Source: Octopus bimaculoides
Taxonomy: Eukaryota
DNA length: 40,748 nucleotides
Assembly: GCF_001194135.2 (NCBI RefSeq)
Contig: NC_068983.1
Coordinates: 129,816,176-129,856,923 of the forward strand
Direction of reading: 5' to 3'
The translations under genes and the position numbers were made by a program. A model generated the notes under the pieces. That model saw only the letters and a program-made list of their open reading frames with translations. It ran no database searches and was not told where the DNA came from. Below are positions 25,354 to 37,560 of this stretch, piece by piece (position 1 is the first letter of the stretch; each line of letters starts with the position of its first letter).

Positions 25354-26789
25354 TATTATTAGTAGGAAGACAATAAAAATAGATAACATTCGTATACAAC
25401 ATTCATAGTTGACCAATGAAAACATGCAAAAAAACAAGTTGAAAAGACATGAGATGTTATACAACCGTACATCATAACGGTGTTGAAACCATGAACATAT
25501 CAATCAAATGATTCAAATTTATGATGTTAAACTCTGAAATTCGGTAATGAACCGATACGGAACGCTGTACATTTCGAAAAGGACCGTTGGGGCTATAAAC
25601 ATTAATACAAAATTCAGACCGGAGAATAAAAGAACAGTTATATATTAAAAAAATACATTTTTAATACAAGTTCCTGGTCAAATAGAAGTATATCTAATAA
25701 GTAATGCTTATATATAATATATTCAATAAACAACTTAAGTATACATAATCTTTAAAAAAAGCCTTATATTAATTTAGTATTTATAAGTAAAAACCTTATA
25801 TGGTTTTTCAAGTCAGCTAGGTTATAGAGAATAAATTATCTACATTTGAATACATTCAAATTATAGTTAACATGTTACAAAAGAATAAAGTTAATTAGCT
25901 AAGTGATAATGTCAAATATACCGAAGAAAATTACACAGATTTATTGATTACTACGTTAGCGCGGATACCGTAAACAAAAAAAAAAACCGGTCACATCTCA
26001 AAAAATCCCCAAATAAATTTAAGATTTACAAATTTAGTGATTACTAAATATATATATTGCTTAGACATGATGATAGTAACCTTGTGTAGAACTCAATACA
26101 CATACACTAGCGTCCAACTTAATAACGCTTCAGAACTCAGCGTTAGTGAGTACAGGGCGGAAATAAGAGAATGAGATGATAAAGGAATATAGAGTTATCT
26201 TATGAACTTCGTCGCTTATTCCTTTGTCATCTCATTTTCTTGTACACAGACATATACACACGTATATATATGTATGTGTGTGTATGTGTGTGCATATTTG
26301 TGCATATATATATATGCATATACATATATGTTTATGATTACGACTAGTAAATACATGTATAAAATGTGTGGAGGCATCCTCTTTCTTTTACTGTTTCGAT
26401 GGCACAGAATAATTATTATTCTTACCTGTCTCTTAAACAGTTTATCATTGAAGAAAACCTTATCAATTATTAATCTCTTCTCCGTCAAGCTTGTAAATTA
26501 TTGATAAGTCTAGAATGGTAGAAAAGTGAAATGTTCCTGGGATTAATATGGAAATAAAAAGAATGTACACACGTGAGTGAAGAAGATATACAGTAAGTAG
26601 GGAAAGCATAGAGTGAAATACCAACGGCAGACGTATTCACAATTTGTTTACAGATTTAATTTGTGCATGGGTCTATATAAACATACACAGACACATACTC
26701 ACACATATTAATGGGTATTATATCTATCTATCTAGATCACTATATATATATCAACAGAAAATGATGCTCGGGTTATTAATGTGGAAGTG

Positions 26790-26960
26790 ATTGAGCACTA
26801 CACTTACAAAGGGGTATCCTTAATGTAGTTCTCAAGGAAATTTATCGACGCAAATTTCTACCCGCTGAGTGTACAGTCCCAACGTGAGCTAGAGTATTTT
26901 GCTCAAGAAAAATTGATGCCGATTATCGAACTTACGACCCCTAACCATTAAACCACATGC
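26790..26960 (-). mobile_element. Very degenerate tRNA-SINE head
   Basis: Plus-strand ttgctcaaga...atcgaacttacgacccctaaccattaaaccac is the reverse complement of gtggtttaatggttagg...gttcgat...tcttgagcaa (A/B box plus core-like segment). Confidence 0.4.
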
Positions 26961-27024
26961 TACCACACACACACACTAACACAGTTCTAGAAGTACTCAG
27001 TAGGGAATCTATGTGTCATTTCAG

Positions 27025-27143
27025 AAAACGTACCTAAGTCTTCAAATTTTGATAAACAAAGTCCAAGTTGGTTACCAGAGGCTGGAGCATCTTCTGATGA
27101 AGAAAAGACATATATTGCTTTTAAAATTAATATTACCCTGTAG
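27025..27143 (+). other. Candidate terminal exon (unassigned)
   Basis: tgtcatttcag acceptor followed by an open frame NVPKSSNFDKQSPSWLPEAGASSDEEKTYIAFKINITL*. No family recognised. Confidence 0.2.
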
Positions 27144-27661
27144 CGACAGAGCGTTCAGACAATATTTCTTATTTCTTAAAAGGCATAGTTGGACATGATA
27201 CAGGTTGGACCTCGCTCTGAACCTAATGAAGGGGGAAGTATTATAATGCCAGCTACCGTTATATCTGTGCGAGTGTGTCGAGGGAGGGAGTCCTACTGTA
27301 TGAGTTCGTGACAGTGCTTATCAGTTAGCCTGTCAGATTGGTGTTTGTGTCTGCTTTGCCTGAGGTCAAGTATACGCCGACAACTTTGGTTGATTCGTGG
27401 GTATGTGTGTGTATGTATGAATCATTTACGTGTGTACCTGCGGGTGTGTATCCTCAGGAAGGACCATGCCTTTCCAATGCTGTCTTCTTCATATCCAGAT
27501 TTATACAATCCAACGGCATAAAGCACAATATCCACATTTCTTCAGATGCAGCGAACAGGAAAAACGTCCACATCCTCTCCCGTTATACGTGAAGGCTTCA
27601 CCAACAATGTAGTAATTTCATTAAATCTGAAGAGAATATAATCGACAGGACACCAACTTAC

Positions 27662-27703
27662 ATACACGAAACCAGAACTTGTTAGATCTCTTTGCTTAAA
27701 AAT
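27662..27703 (-). other. Candidate 42-nt internal exon (IFKQRDLTSSGFVY)
   Basis: Acceptor atatttgcag, perfect donor gtaagt, phase 0-0. Weak resemblance to an EF-hand loop (F..D...SG.V). Confidence 0.25.
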
Positions 27704-28169
27704 CTGCAAATATTTTATCAACCTTCAATTGCTATGCATAGGAAAATCGAAATGTCTGCTTTTCCCTCTGGAGAAACGCTCTCGAAATGAACTTCAGTCA
27801 CTGATCGTCGACAACCCATATATACCACTTTAGGTTTGTCTACCTCAAAAGCAAAGGCAGAACGCTTACGCACTTTTGTCCTCGAAGAAAACAGACTGAT
27901 CCATCCAGTTCCCTCAGCCATCATGTATTTTCTATAAGCTTCTATTCTTGACTTCATATATATATATATATATATATGTACATATACATATATGTTTATG
28001 GTATATATCTGTGTATGTATGCGTATATATGGGCGTGTTTGTGTGTGTGTTTACATGTATATGTGCATGTTGCTTATATTGTTTTCTTTCTCTCTACTAG
28101 CTCCAAAACATATCTTGTTAACCCCTGATAATTCTTCCATCCCCGTGTGAAACCAAATAAAATGCACCA

Positions 28170-28750
28170 ACACATCATTACACACACGTAACTACACACA
28201 CATTCTGTATGTTCTCACACCCGGCAACTCACCAGACGTGCTCACGCCACTTATAAATACCAGAAGTAAACATCCATGCAATCATTCATTCATGTATTCA
28301 TACACAAATATCTGCAAACACAACTAGAGAGACACATAAAAACACGCTTCCCAGACGTATTCACACGTACACACACTCATACATACAAAGCCAAACACGT
28401 ATGCATACCTACATACTCAACATCGTACACGCGCAAACACATATACGCACTTGCATATACACAGCAGATGTCAACGGATACGGATAGGCGCACACGTGTA
28501 AACACATACATTGATACTTTCCCACGCATATTACTCTACCTGTTTCACACTTTCAAGTACTACGTATACACACACAAGGGATTAATGCCCCTATCTCATA
28601 CACACTTAGAGACAGAGGACTCAAACAAATCGTTTTCGCACACTCACGTTTTCATACATCAATTATAACATACCCTGCCACACACACATATATACACACA
28701 TACACACACGCACTCTCACACACACACATACACACACACAAACACACTTG
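28170..28750. repeat. Degenerate (CA)-rich low-complexity tract
   Basis: Directly visible. It explains ORF 28276-28668. Confidence 0.8.
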
Positions 28751-30195
28751 CTCATCCCCAACTGTAGAGCCAGGTGTCACCAGGATCATCTACATCACAC
28801 AAAAGATGAATTTGAAGCATTCACCATATTTCAACAATTGCTTAATATGTGAAAATGGTCAGTAGTTATAACCTCCCACAACGGAATATCCAGGATGTAA
28901 CAGTCAAATGGAAAAGGAACCACTTTGGCATTTGACAGGATTTTACTCCATATACTTTGTAGATGTAACTGATAATTAACTTATTACCTGTTTCTATTCA
29001 CGTTCGATGGCTGCTCCAAAGTAATCGAATTGTATAATTTGAATAAATCTAATGCAAAATCGAACAATATAATACTAGTTCGCGTGATATATGCTAATGA
29101 TTTAATCTTGTGTGTATGTCGGATTCGCAAAAAAATATTCAAAAAATAAGGAGCTTTTTCTTCAATGCCCGTACTCCTATTGAAATTACAATAGACCAGA
29201 TAAATTAAACATACCAATTTTCCTTTTAGTATGTAAGATAAGTGTGTAAAAAATATACATCACTAAGAGATTAGACTTAATGTAGGCATCCTGTTGTGTA
29301 TATTAGCAGCTCCTCTTCTAGCAATAGGTCACTAGATCCCAAAAGAATTTCAGGTTTGAGATGGCTTCAGTTTTACTTGGCGCATTTAGGATACGAGTTT
29401 AGTTAGAAATTGTCATGGAAATATCCAAAGTTTGTTTATATTTACGAGGACAATGCAGTCTAGGACTCGAGGGTTCTCTTGCGATATACTTGGCGAGATT
29501 TCGAGTTGCGTAATATATGTAGGTTCCATAGTTTTGTAATTTGCATCATTTAGTTGATAAATACGTAATCAGCCAAACACTGTATAAGACAAAGAAGATA
29601 TTCATTTACTTAGCAACTATATAAAAGATTTTTACACTTCTAGAAAATCTAAAGTGAGTTATTTTTCGTGTTTCGATTAGCTTTTAATTCTGATGTCTGA
29701 TGTTTTAATGTTTATTTTCATTTAAATGTTGGTGTATGTTAAAGCAGTGTATTCTGTTTTGTGGCTTAATATCTATCGGATATAATATAAAAAGATGTTT
29801 CACAATATTGCTGATATGTTGAATTTTAGTTTTTATGTCAGTAACATGATCAGCTTATAAGGAACGTGTAACCAGAAATTTCAATTACGATATCTTATAG
29901 TTTGGGAAGTGATTCAAACTCTATTTTATAGTGCCGGTAACATGAATGATGATTAAGTGATTTAGGCAAGTAATAGTTTAACACGATTGTGTGAGTGTAT
30001 GTACTTCAATTTGGTAGTTTAAAATGATTCTAGACTTATATGCATGTGGCTATTTTTATTTCAAATCATCATTCGTATCAATAATTTCTGGCAGGGTAAC
30101 TTCGATTCTTTTTTTCAGATTCCTTGATGTGTGCGTTTTTCAATGTTTATATGTTTTGAGATCAAAAGTTATTTCTTGCTGATTTTTTAGCTTAC

Positions 30196-30268
30196 ACCTT
30201 GTTGAGGGATCCTGTCACTGCAAATATGTTCTGCCCACAATAAAGATTTCTCTGCACCACCTCTACGC
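30196..30268 (-). other. Candidate 73-nt internal exon
   Basis: Long (CT)n/(CTTT)n polypyrimidine tract plus cacacag acceptor, and gtaagc donor. Two frames are open (GVEVVQRNLYCGQNIFAVTGSLNK or RRGGAEKSLLWAEHICSDRIPQQG). Confidence 0.35.
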
Positions 30269-30277
30269 CTGTGTGTA

Positions 30278-30280
<3 letters not shown>

Positions 30281-30324
<44 letters not shown>

Positions 30325-30425
30325 AAGAAACAAAGAAAGAAAGAGAGAAAGAAAGAGTGAAAGGAAGAGAGAGAGAGAGAGAAAGAAAGAGAGATAGTGT
30401 GTGTGTGTCTGTGTGTGTGTTTTTT
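30281..30425. repeat. (AG)n/(AAAG)n/(GT)n microsatellite
   Basis: Directly visible. Confidence 0.95.
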
Positions 30426-32104
30426 TGTGTTTACATGAGTGTAGTTCATATACTTGTGCATGCACGGTGTATGGTATTTGCTTTGACAGGCTGGCTGTGT
30501 GTTGTTATTTTATCCTGCTAAGGTTTTATATTATATTTCTTTTGTTTTAATCTGTGTATGCATATACACATGCGTGTGTGTTTTGTATACCAATAGTACG
30601 TTTGGATTAGCTTTTGGTGTGTGATTCCTATTAGTAACAATACATATTTTGCGCGTACAGAGGTGACGGTAATTTACTTCTCTGGAGTTCAGAGAATGTG
30701 TTGCAGAAGAATTTACTTCGGTGGCAACCGCGTTATGTTGTCTTACTTCTATTGTAAAACAATGTGTGAATTGTGTGTTCATGTTGTATTTCCTGTCACA
30801 AACAAATTCAGGAGAGATTTGCATGGGTGCCGCATAGTCTGTAATTTCTCAAGAAATGTTTAAGTTTATGTTCTTATATTTTAACACTTATATATTTAGA
30901 AAACGACGTTTCATTGCATTACATGAAGATTATATACGTAAGTTGTGTGTATATAAGATCATTTTAGTCAGCTTTTGTATCTGTTTCCTGAGCTATATCT
31001 GATTTTACACTAACACTGGTAGAGTAGCACGGGTTTCTGGCTGTGCATCGAATATTCATTATATTTTTCTTTAAGTAGTGTTCTCAGAAGTTCTCTCTCT
31101 TTCTCCTTCACCAATATATTATACATAAATTTATACATACACATTCACACATCTATATATATATATATTTATATATATATATATATATNNNNNNNNNNNN
31201 NNNNNNNNNNNNNNNNNNNNNNNNNNNNNNNNNNNNNNNNNNNNNNNNNNNNNNNNNNNNNNNNNNNNNNNNNNNNNNNNNNNNNNNNNNNNNNNNNNNN
31301 NNNNNNNNNNNNNNNNNNNNNNNNNNNNNNNNNNNNNNNNNNNNNNNNNNNNNNNNNNNNNNNNNNNNNNNNNNNNNNNNNNNNNNNNNNNNNNNNNNNN
31401 NNNNNNNNNNNNNNNNNNNNNNNNNNNNNNNNNNNNNNNNNNNNNNNNNNNNNNNNNNNNNNNNNNNNNNNNNNNNNNNNNNNNNNNNNNNNNNNNNNNN
31501 NNNNNNNNNNNNNNNNNNNNNNNNNNNNNNNNNNNNNNNNNNNNNNNNNNNNNNNNNNNNNNNNNNNNNNNNNNNNNNNNNNNNNNNNNNNNNNNNNNNN
31601 NNNNNNNNNNNNNNNNNNNNNNNNNNNNNNNNNNNNNNNNNNNNNNNNNNNNNNNNNNNNNNNNNNNNNNNNNNNNNNNNNNNNNNNNNNNNNNNNNNNN
31701 NNNNNNNNNNNNNNNNNNNNNNNNNNNNNNNNNNNNNNNNNNNNNNNNNNNNNNNNNNNNNNNNNNNNNNNNNNNNNNNNNNNNNNNNNNNNNNNNNNNN
31801 NNNNNNNNNNNNNNNNNNNNNNNNNNNNNNNNNNNNNNNNNNNNNNNNNNNNNNNNNNNNNNNNNNNNNNNNNNNNNNNNNNNNNNNNNNNNNNNNNNNN
31901 NNNNNNNNNNNNNNNNNNNNNNNNNNNNNNNNNNNNNNNNNNNNNNNNNNNNNNNNNNNNNNNNNNNNNNNNNNNNNNNNNNNNNNNNNNNNNNNNNNNN
32001 NNNNNNNNNNNNNNNNNNNNNNNNNNNNNNNNNNNNNNNNNNNNNNNNNNNNNNNNNNNNNNNNNNNNNNNNNAGAAAGTTCGGAGAATGGAAAAACGGA
32101 GGAA

Positions 32105-32620
32105 GAGGAAAATGTATGCGCGTGTGTATTTATGTGTGTCTGTATGCGTGCGTCCGTGTGCGTGTGTATGCGCGTGTGTGTATATTTTTTGTGCGTGCGT
32201 GTCTGTGTATATTGTGTGTTTTCGTGCGTGCGTGTGTATTGTGTATGTGAGTGAGTATTGTGTATGTGAGAGGTGTGTGTATTGTGTGCGCATGTGTGTG
32301 TATGTGTGTGTACGTGTATGTGTGTGTTTTTGTATGTGAGAAATGTGTGCGCGTGTGTGTATGTGTATGTGTGTGTTTATGTGTGTGCGTGCGTATGTGT
32401 NNNNNNNNNNTGTGTGTGTGTGTGTATGTTTGCTTGATTGTTAGCGTGTGCGTGTATGCGCAATTGTGCATGTGTATGTGCGTTTGTATAAGTGTTTGGG
32501 CGAGTCTGAGCGTGTAACTGCATGCATATGTGTTGTGTGTGTGTGGTGTGTTGGGGGAGAGGTGTGCTTACATGTGTGTGTATGGGTGCGTGTATTTTTT
32601 GTGTGGGGTATATGTGCGTG
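32105..32620. repeat. Degenerate (GT)-rich low-complexity tract
   Basis: Directly visible. Confidence 0.85.
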
Positions 32621-33179
32621 TAGGAAGGGATGAAATAAATTGTGGAACATTGTAGTGATTGTAATAAAAAAGTGAATCATGGATATAATGTAAAGTGGAT
32701 GGTGGGGGAAATATATANNNNNNNNNNNNNNNNNNNNNNNNNNNNNNNNNNNNNNNNNNNNNNNNNNNNNNNNNNNNNNNNNNNNNNNNNNNNNNNNNNN
32801 NNNNNNNNNNNNNNNNNNNNNNNNNNNNNNNNNNNNNNNNNNNNNNNNNNNNNNNNNNNNNNNNNNNNNNNNNNNNNNNNNNNNNNNNNNNNNNNNNNNN
32901 NNNNNNNNNNNNNNNNNNNNNNNNNNNNNNNNNNNNNNNNNNNNNNNNNNNNNNNNNNNNNNNNNNNNNNNNNNNNNNNNNNNNNNNNNNNNNNNNNNNN
33001 NNNNNNNNNNNNNNNNNNNNNNNNNNNNNNNNNNNNNNNNNNNNNNNNNNNNNNNNNNNNNNNNNNNNNNNNNNNNNNNNNNNNNNNNNNNNNNNNNNNN
33101 NNNNNNNNNNNNNNNNNNNNNNNNNNNNNNNNNNNNNNNNNNNNNNNNNNNNNNNNNNNNNNNNNNNNNNNNNNNNNNN

Positions 33180-33339
33180 ATGCAGTAAATTAGGTTGGAG
33201 GAGGTGCAGGTGAAACTGTGTGGAATGTGAAGAGTGTGTAGGTTCGACCCTGTGACAGAGGTAGTGTTGGTGATGAAGGGGCAGGTGTGACAGCGGGATC
33301 TGGAGCACGGGAAGGAGCCGGGTGGGATGGGGAGGAAGA
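33180..33339 (-). mobile_element. Penelope-like element Cys-rich linker and start of GIY-YIG endonuclease (Neptune-type)
   Basis: Stop-free PPGSFPCSRSRCHTCPFITNTTSVTGSNLHTLHIPHSFTCTSSNLIYC matches the PLE pattern PG.FPC.R.RC.TCP...FTC.SSN.IYC. It is 5'-truncated at (TA)n and runs into a gap. Confidence 0.85.
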
Positions 33340-35059
33340 TATATATATATATATATATATACACGCACAGATGGGCACAAACAATTACACACAAACGCAC
33401 ACACAAACACACACACATGAATGTAACGTTCTTTTTGATTAAGTATGAATGCGAACGTGTACGTGATTTTCTGTACATTCGTCTCCGCGTGCATTCTTGT
33501 GTGCCCGAAAGTTTTCACAATTGATGACGCATTTTTGTTATAAACAACCGTTGAACGAGTAATGCTATATTTAGCAAATCAAATGTACTGAATATAAATG
33601 AAAAACGTTTTTCTTTTTTGTCGTAGAAATAAATGTACCAGATTTGAAAGAAATTGTGCAGACAGAGGATTTTTGTTATTTTTTTCTTTCTCTTTTATTA
33701 TTTTTTTTTTCTATTCTGACTCTTAGGAAATATTTTCGTTCTTTGTTCATGCATATTTGACTTAAAACTCTTCCTTCCTAAAAGCTTTCTAAATAATTCT
33801 TCAAGTCACATTCTGATTGAACTTGATCGCTATTGGCAATTCCACTCGGAAGAAATTGGCAAAGAAAATTCAAATATAGCAAACATAGTGGGCCACATGT
33901 TTCCTTTTAAATGCTACTCAACAAGAAATCAAATGTCAAATGTTCTAAAATAGTACTGCAAATTAACCAACTTAGAAACACAATCACTAAATGTAAATGC
34001 CTTCGCCATAGATGAATAAATACATAAGTAAATCCACACAAGTTTTTATGTATGCATGTTTGTTTTTCTGCATTTAGGTCAACTTACGCAGGGAGTAATA
34101 CAGAAAGTAATATAGAAATTATTTTACAGTATCAGTGGGCTAATATTTTTAAACGTTTTTGCATTCACTCTGAATCAAATCAGCACACTCTAATGTAATG
34201 CCTTGAATACGTGGTGTCTCTACGTGAAAATGTCGGAAATTATTAAAAGGTCGTTTTCCATGAAAACTACTAAAAATATGTTTTCTATGAAGGATATAAG
34301 TATTGAATGTGACACATCAATTGACCTAGGTATCTCAGTGAAGGAACCTTTAACACGTTATATTCAGCTGTTGAGATTACGATTTTCGCATTTCTATTTC
34401 TATAAAATTTTTAAAAATCAATGATTTTATACAGGTTTCATGATAGATGTACTAATTTTGAAATCTGATTACGATTCGTGGTAAAAACAGTTCACTCATT
34501 CACTCTCTTACTCTTAGGAGCACTATATCAAAAATGTAGCTCTCTAATACACATAATTGTAATGAAAGTTATATTTTGTGTCCGCAAATACTCTGGCCAT
34601 ATGATGTGTGAAAGATTTGTAATATACAACATTCCAGAGTATATATGTGTTGGTACAGAAAAATCGATTAGGTTAATTTAGTGTACCAATTCACATTATC
34701 CTTATACTATTATTGTATTCAGTATTGTAGTGATTATCACATGGTGGAGGACAATTTTCTATGTAAGAAATGTTCATGTAATCCTCATATTTTGTTTATG
34801 TCTGAGCACGAGTGTATACTGCAAAAGAAATATGTTACTGGTAACAAATCATTTGAGAAAACATTTATCAAACTCTTGTTAATATTTTATTAAGCAGTCA
34901 TGCTGAAACATACTATTACCAAACTATAACTGACAAAATACAAAACTGGTCATCAGAATTTGTATAGCATTACATTTAAATAACAAATGATGTTTATATA
35001 TTCTGTAAAAACGCTTATTTTTAATCAGAATTATTATGTATGTGCGTATATATATATAC

Positions 35060-35272
35060 TCTTTTTCTCCTTTAGTTGTCTCAGTCATTTGACTGTGGTT
35101 ATGCTGGAGCACCGCCTTTAGTCGAGCATATCGACCCCAGGACATATTCTTTGTAAGCCTAGTACTTATTCTATCGGTTATTTTGCCGAAACGCTAAGTT
35201 ACGGGGAAGTAGACACACAAGCATCGGTTGTCAAGCGATATTGTGGGGACAAACACAGACATACAAACATAT

Positions 35273-35275
<3 letters not shown>
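35060..35275 (-). mobile_element. 3' half of octopus tRNA SINE, relatively young
   Basis: cagtcatttgactgtggttatgctggagcaccgcctttagtcgag...gtaagcctagtacttattctatcgg...ttgtcaagcgat...gacaaacacagac ends in the internal (CA/TA)n tract. Related to 14875-15203. Confidence 0.75.
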
Positions 35276-35317
<42 letters not shown>

Positions 35318-35354
35318 GGGCTTATTTCAGTCTCCGTCTACCAAATCCACTCAC

Positions 35355-36065
35355 TGTCTCCCCTACGTACGACGTTCGTAGGGGAGACACCACGGGGCAT
35401 AAGAGAGCAGGTAAATGACATTGGAGAGCACTTAAAGAAAGAGAAGAGTTCATAGGTTCTGTACCAGCACGCTAAGCAGGAAAAAGGGGGCTCACTCAAC
35501 AACATAGAAGTTAAAATCTTGTCCACACTCAGAACAGACGCAGCGCTTGGACAAATTACGTAAGCTATACGCATAATAGAAGATAAACCTAGGCTGAATA
35601 GAACACTAGAATGGAACACTTGCACCCACCATAACACACAAGAACCTATGATAGAATAAGATCCCCATTAACTGATAATACCATGAATATAATAGAAATA
35701 ATACAATACACAGATAAATAATTGGAATTAAATAACAATATACATAAGCAAAGTAGATTAAATTAAATTAAATTAATAAACAAATATAAAGAAAAGAAAA
35801 AAGCAATTAGGTATAAACAAATACAGAAAATAAAAAAGTAAATTAAATGAACGTGCAAAAACAGGCGATACTGATAATCCAGGTACATTCCCCCACACAC
35901 ACACTTAGTAAACATAGGCACACACAGGGATATACGCATGCGCAAATAAAGAAACATGCTATACAGAATGGCAGATCATTAGCAACATGAGACACGCAAA
36001 AAAGATAGAAGAAAGCAAAGGACCGCTGATGAGGTCAAAGAAGTGTTACGAAAGAAATCTTGCTG
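35355..36065 (+). mobile_element. 5'-truncated Penelope-like element: GIY-YIG C-terminus, 3' UTR and hammerhead-like core
   Basis: FVGETPRGIREQVNDIGEHLKKEKSS*VLYQHAKQEKGG...ILSTLRTD...QIT*AIRI...PRLNRTLEW fits YIGET.R...R..EH...H...IL...E...I...P.LN. A 13-bp hairpin sits at the 5' junction. CTGATGA at 36026-36032 and GAAA at 36050-36053. Confidence 0.75.
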
Positions 36066-36080
36066 AAATACAATTAATAT

Positions 36081-36484
36081 ACCAGGTTGAGTCAAAAGTA
36101 ATACCATTTTGTTTAGGACATGTATAATTACCAATGCAGGAACATGTGTCATACATCAGAATGAAGCTGACCCTCTGTGGATCACATCCCTACTCCTCAA
36201 CATAGTCAATGTTATTCTCAATAGCAATGTTCCACCTTCGAACGAGAGCACGTATCCCTGCCCCGTAAAATTCCGCTGACTTTTCTTTGAGCCACGCCTT
36301 AATTATAGTTTCACTTTCTTTAACGGGAATAATGTTTGCGTCTCAAACCCTCTTTCATCAAGCCGAAGTATTGATAGTCTAGTGACAATGATAGCCTAGT
36401 GACGAGGAAGTGAAAACTGTAGTGAAGAAGTTATTGAAACAACAGTTAACAGAACTTTACGGGATAGGGAAACATGCTCTTCAC
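36081..36484. mobile_element. Second, right-truncated copy of the mariner-derived fold-back MITE
   Basis: Collinear with 6761-7291 in left arm, spacer (gcgtctcaaaccctctttcatcaagccgaa) and part of the right arm (KTVVKKLLKQQLTELYG). Confidence 0.8.
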
Positions 36485-36654
36485 TCCTACCTACCTTCTC
36501 GTTCCCCTTCATCGTCACCCCTCCCAATCCTTCCCATCCTACCCACCCTCTGCCTACCCACATACCCCACCTCTACCCCCCACCCTCAGCCTAACCCACA
36601 CTCCACCCTTGCTTTCCCCACTCTCGTTCCTATAAGAAAATGTCTTGCTGAATG

Positions 36655-37560
36655 AGACCCAGCACGGTTTCCGTCCAGGTAGAAGCTGCCTCACGCAGCT
36701 CTTGCAGCATTATGATTGAGTCCTGAAGCAGCTACTTCATCATTCAAATTGATGGGATATATCTCGACTCTGTAAAGGCCTTTGACAAAGTTGATTATGG
36801 AATGATATGTCACAAGCTGCGAAACCTTGTCATAGCTGGTAAATTAAGAGAGTGGCTGCATGACTTATTGAATGGTAGAAGTCAGACATTTGCAGCCATT
36901 GAAGAATTATCTAGGGAAACGCTAATATTGAGTGGTGTTGCACAAGGAACTGCCCTGGGGTCAATACTGTTCATAGTATCCCTTCTGGACCTGTCTACTG
37001 TCACTCGGACAGTCATTGTCACTAGCTACGCTGATGACACAAAACTATCTCAGGCAATAAAGAATCCTGATGATGTCATAAGCCTGCAGAATGACCTAAA
37101 TGCAATATACAAGTGGGCAGAGTAAAATAATATGCTGTTCAACGCTAAAGATGTTCCAGTACTGCGCTACAAGGACACTAGGACCTGGAGGTACTGCGAT
37201 CCCAGAACCACAAGCAGTGAGAGACCTGGGCATCAGCATGTGTACTGATGCATCATTTCACATGCACATTGTCAAGTAGACAACAAAGTGCAGACAACTG
37301 GCAGGGTGGATACTGAGGACATTCAGAACAAGGGATCAAAAAGTCATGTTGACTCTCTGGAAGATATTTGTTCTGAGCCGCCTAGACTATTGCTCTCAGT
37401 TGTGGTCACCACACAGTGTCGAGTTAACAACCGAACTCGAGGCAATTCAGCGTCACTATACAAAAAAAGATCACCACAGTCCAGCAGATGAAATGCAGGG
37501 AGCGACTGAAGGCACTAAGTCTCTGCTCCCTGGGGCGCAGGCGGGAGAGATATGTAATAA
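36655..37560 (+). mobile_element. CR1-superfamily LINE reverse transcriptase pseudogene
   Basis: QHGFRPGRSCLTQLLQHY, YLDSVKAFDKVD, SGVAQGTALG, SYADDTKL, LQNDLNAIYKWAE*NNMLFN, VLSRLDYCSQLWSPH and LEAIQRHYTK, with stops and frameshifts. Confidence 0.95.

Noticed and set aside
27094-27140. CTGATGA with an A/T-rich stem
   Set aside because: GAAA is replaced by AAAA and there is no stem I.
27450-27660. GPCLSN...FIQSNGIKH, resembling a Gypsy integrase
   Set aside because: The HP.SNG..ER motif is absent; the similarity is too short to call.
30660-30937. LLRWQPRYVVL (PH-like) frame and a 38-nt ag/gtaagt segment at 30900-30937
   Set aside because: The frame stops without a usable donor, and the segments cannot be joined into a domain.
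702-33518. All long ORFs containing X runs or YI/HT/CV/LS/poly-I/N/V/T tracts
   Set aside because: They are read-through of N gaps and di- or trinucleotide microsatellites, not genes.
34530-34893. Cys/His-containing frames vaguely like C2H2 zinc fingers
   Set aside because: C-x2-C-x12-H-x3-H spacing and TGEKP linkers are not met.
34950-34956. Minus-strand CTGATGA
   Set aside because: No GAAA follows the putative stem II.
37032-37325. CTGATGA and CTGAGGA strings in the CR1 RT
   Set aside because: They are coding sequence (including YADD) with no hammerhead stems.
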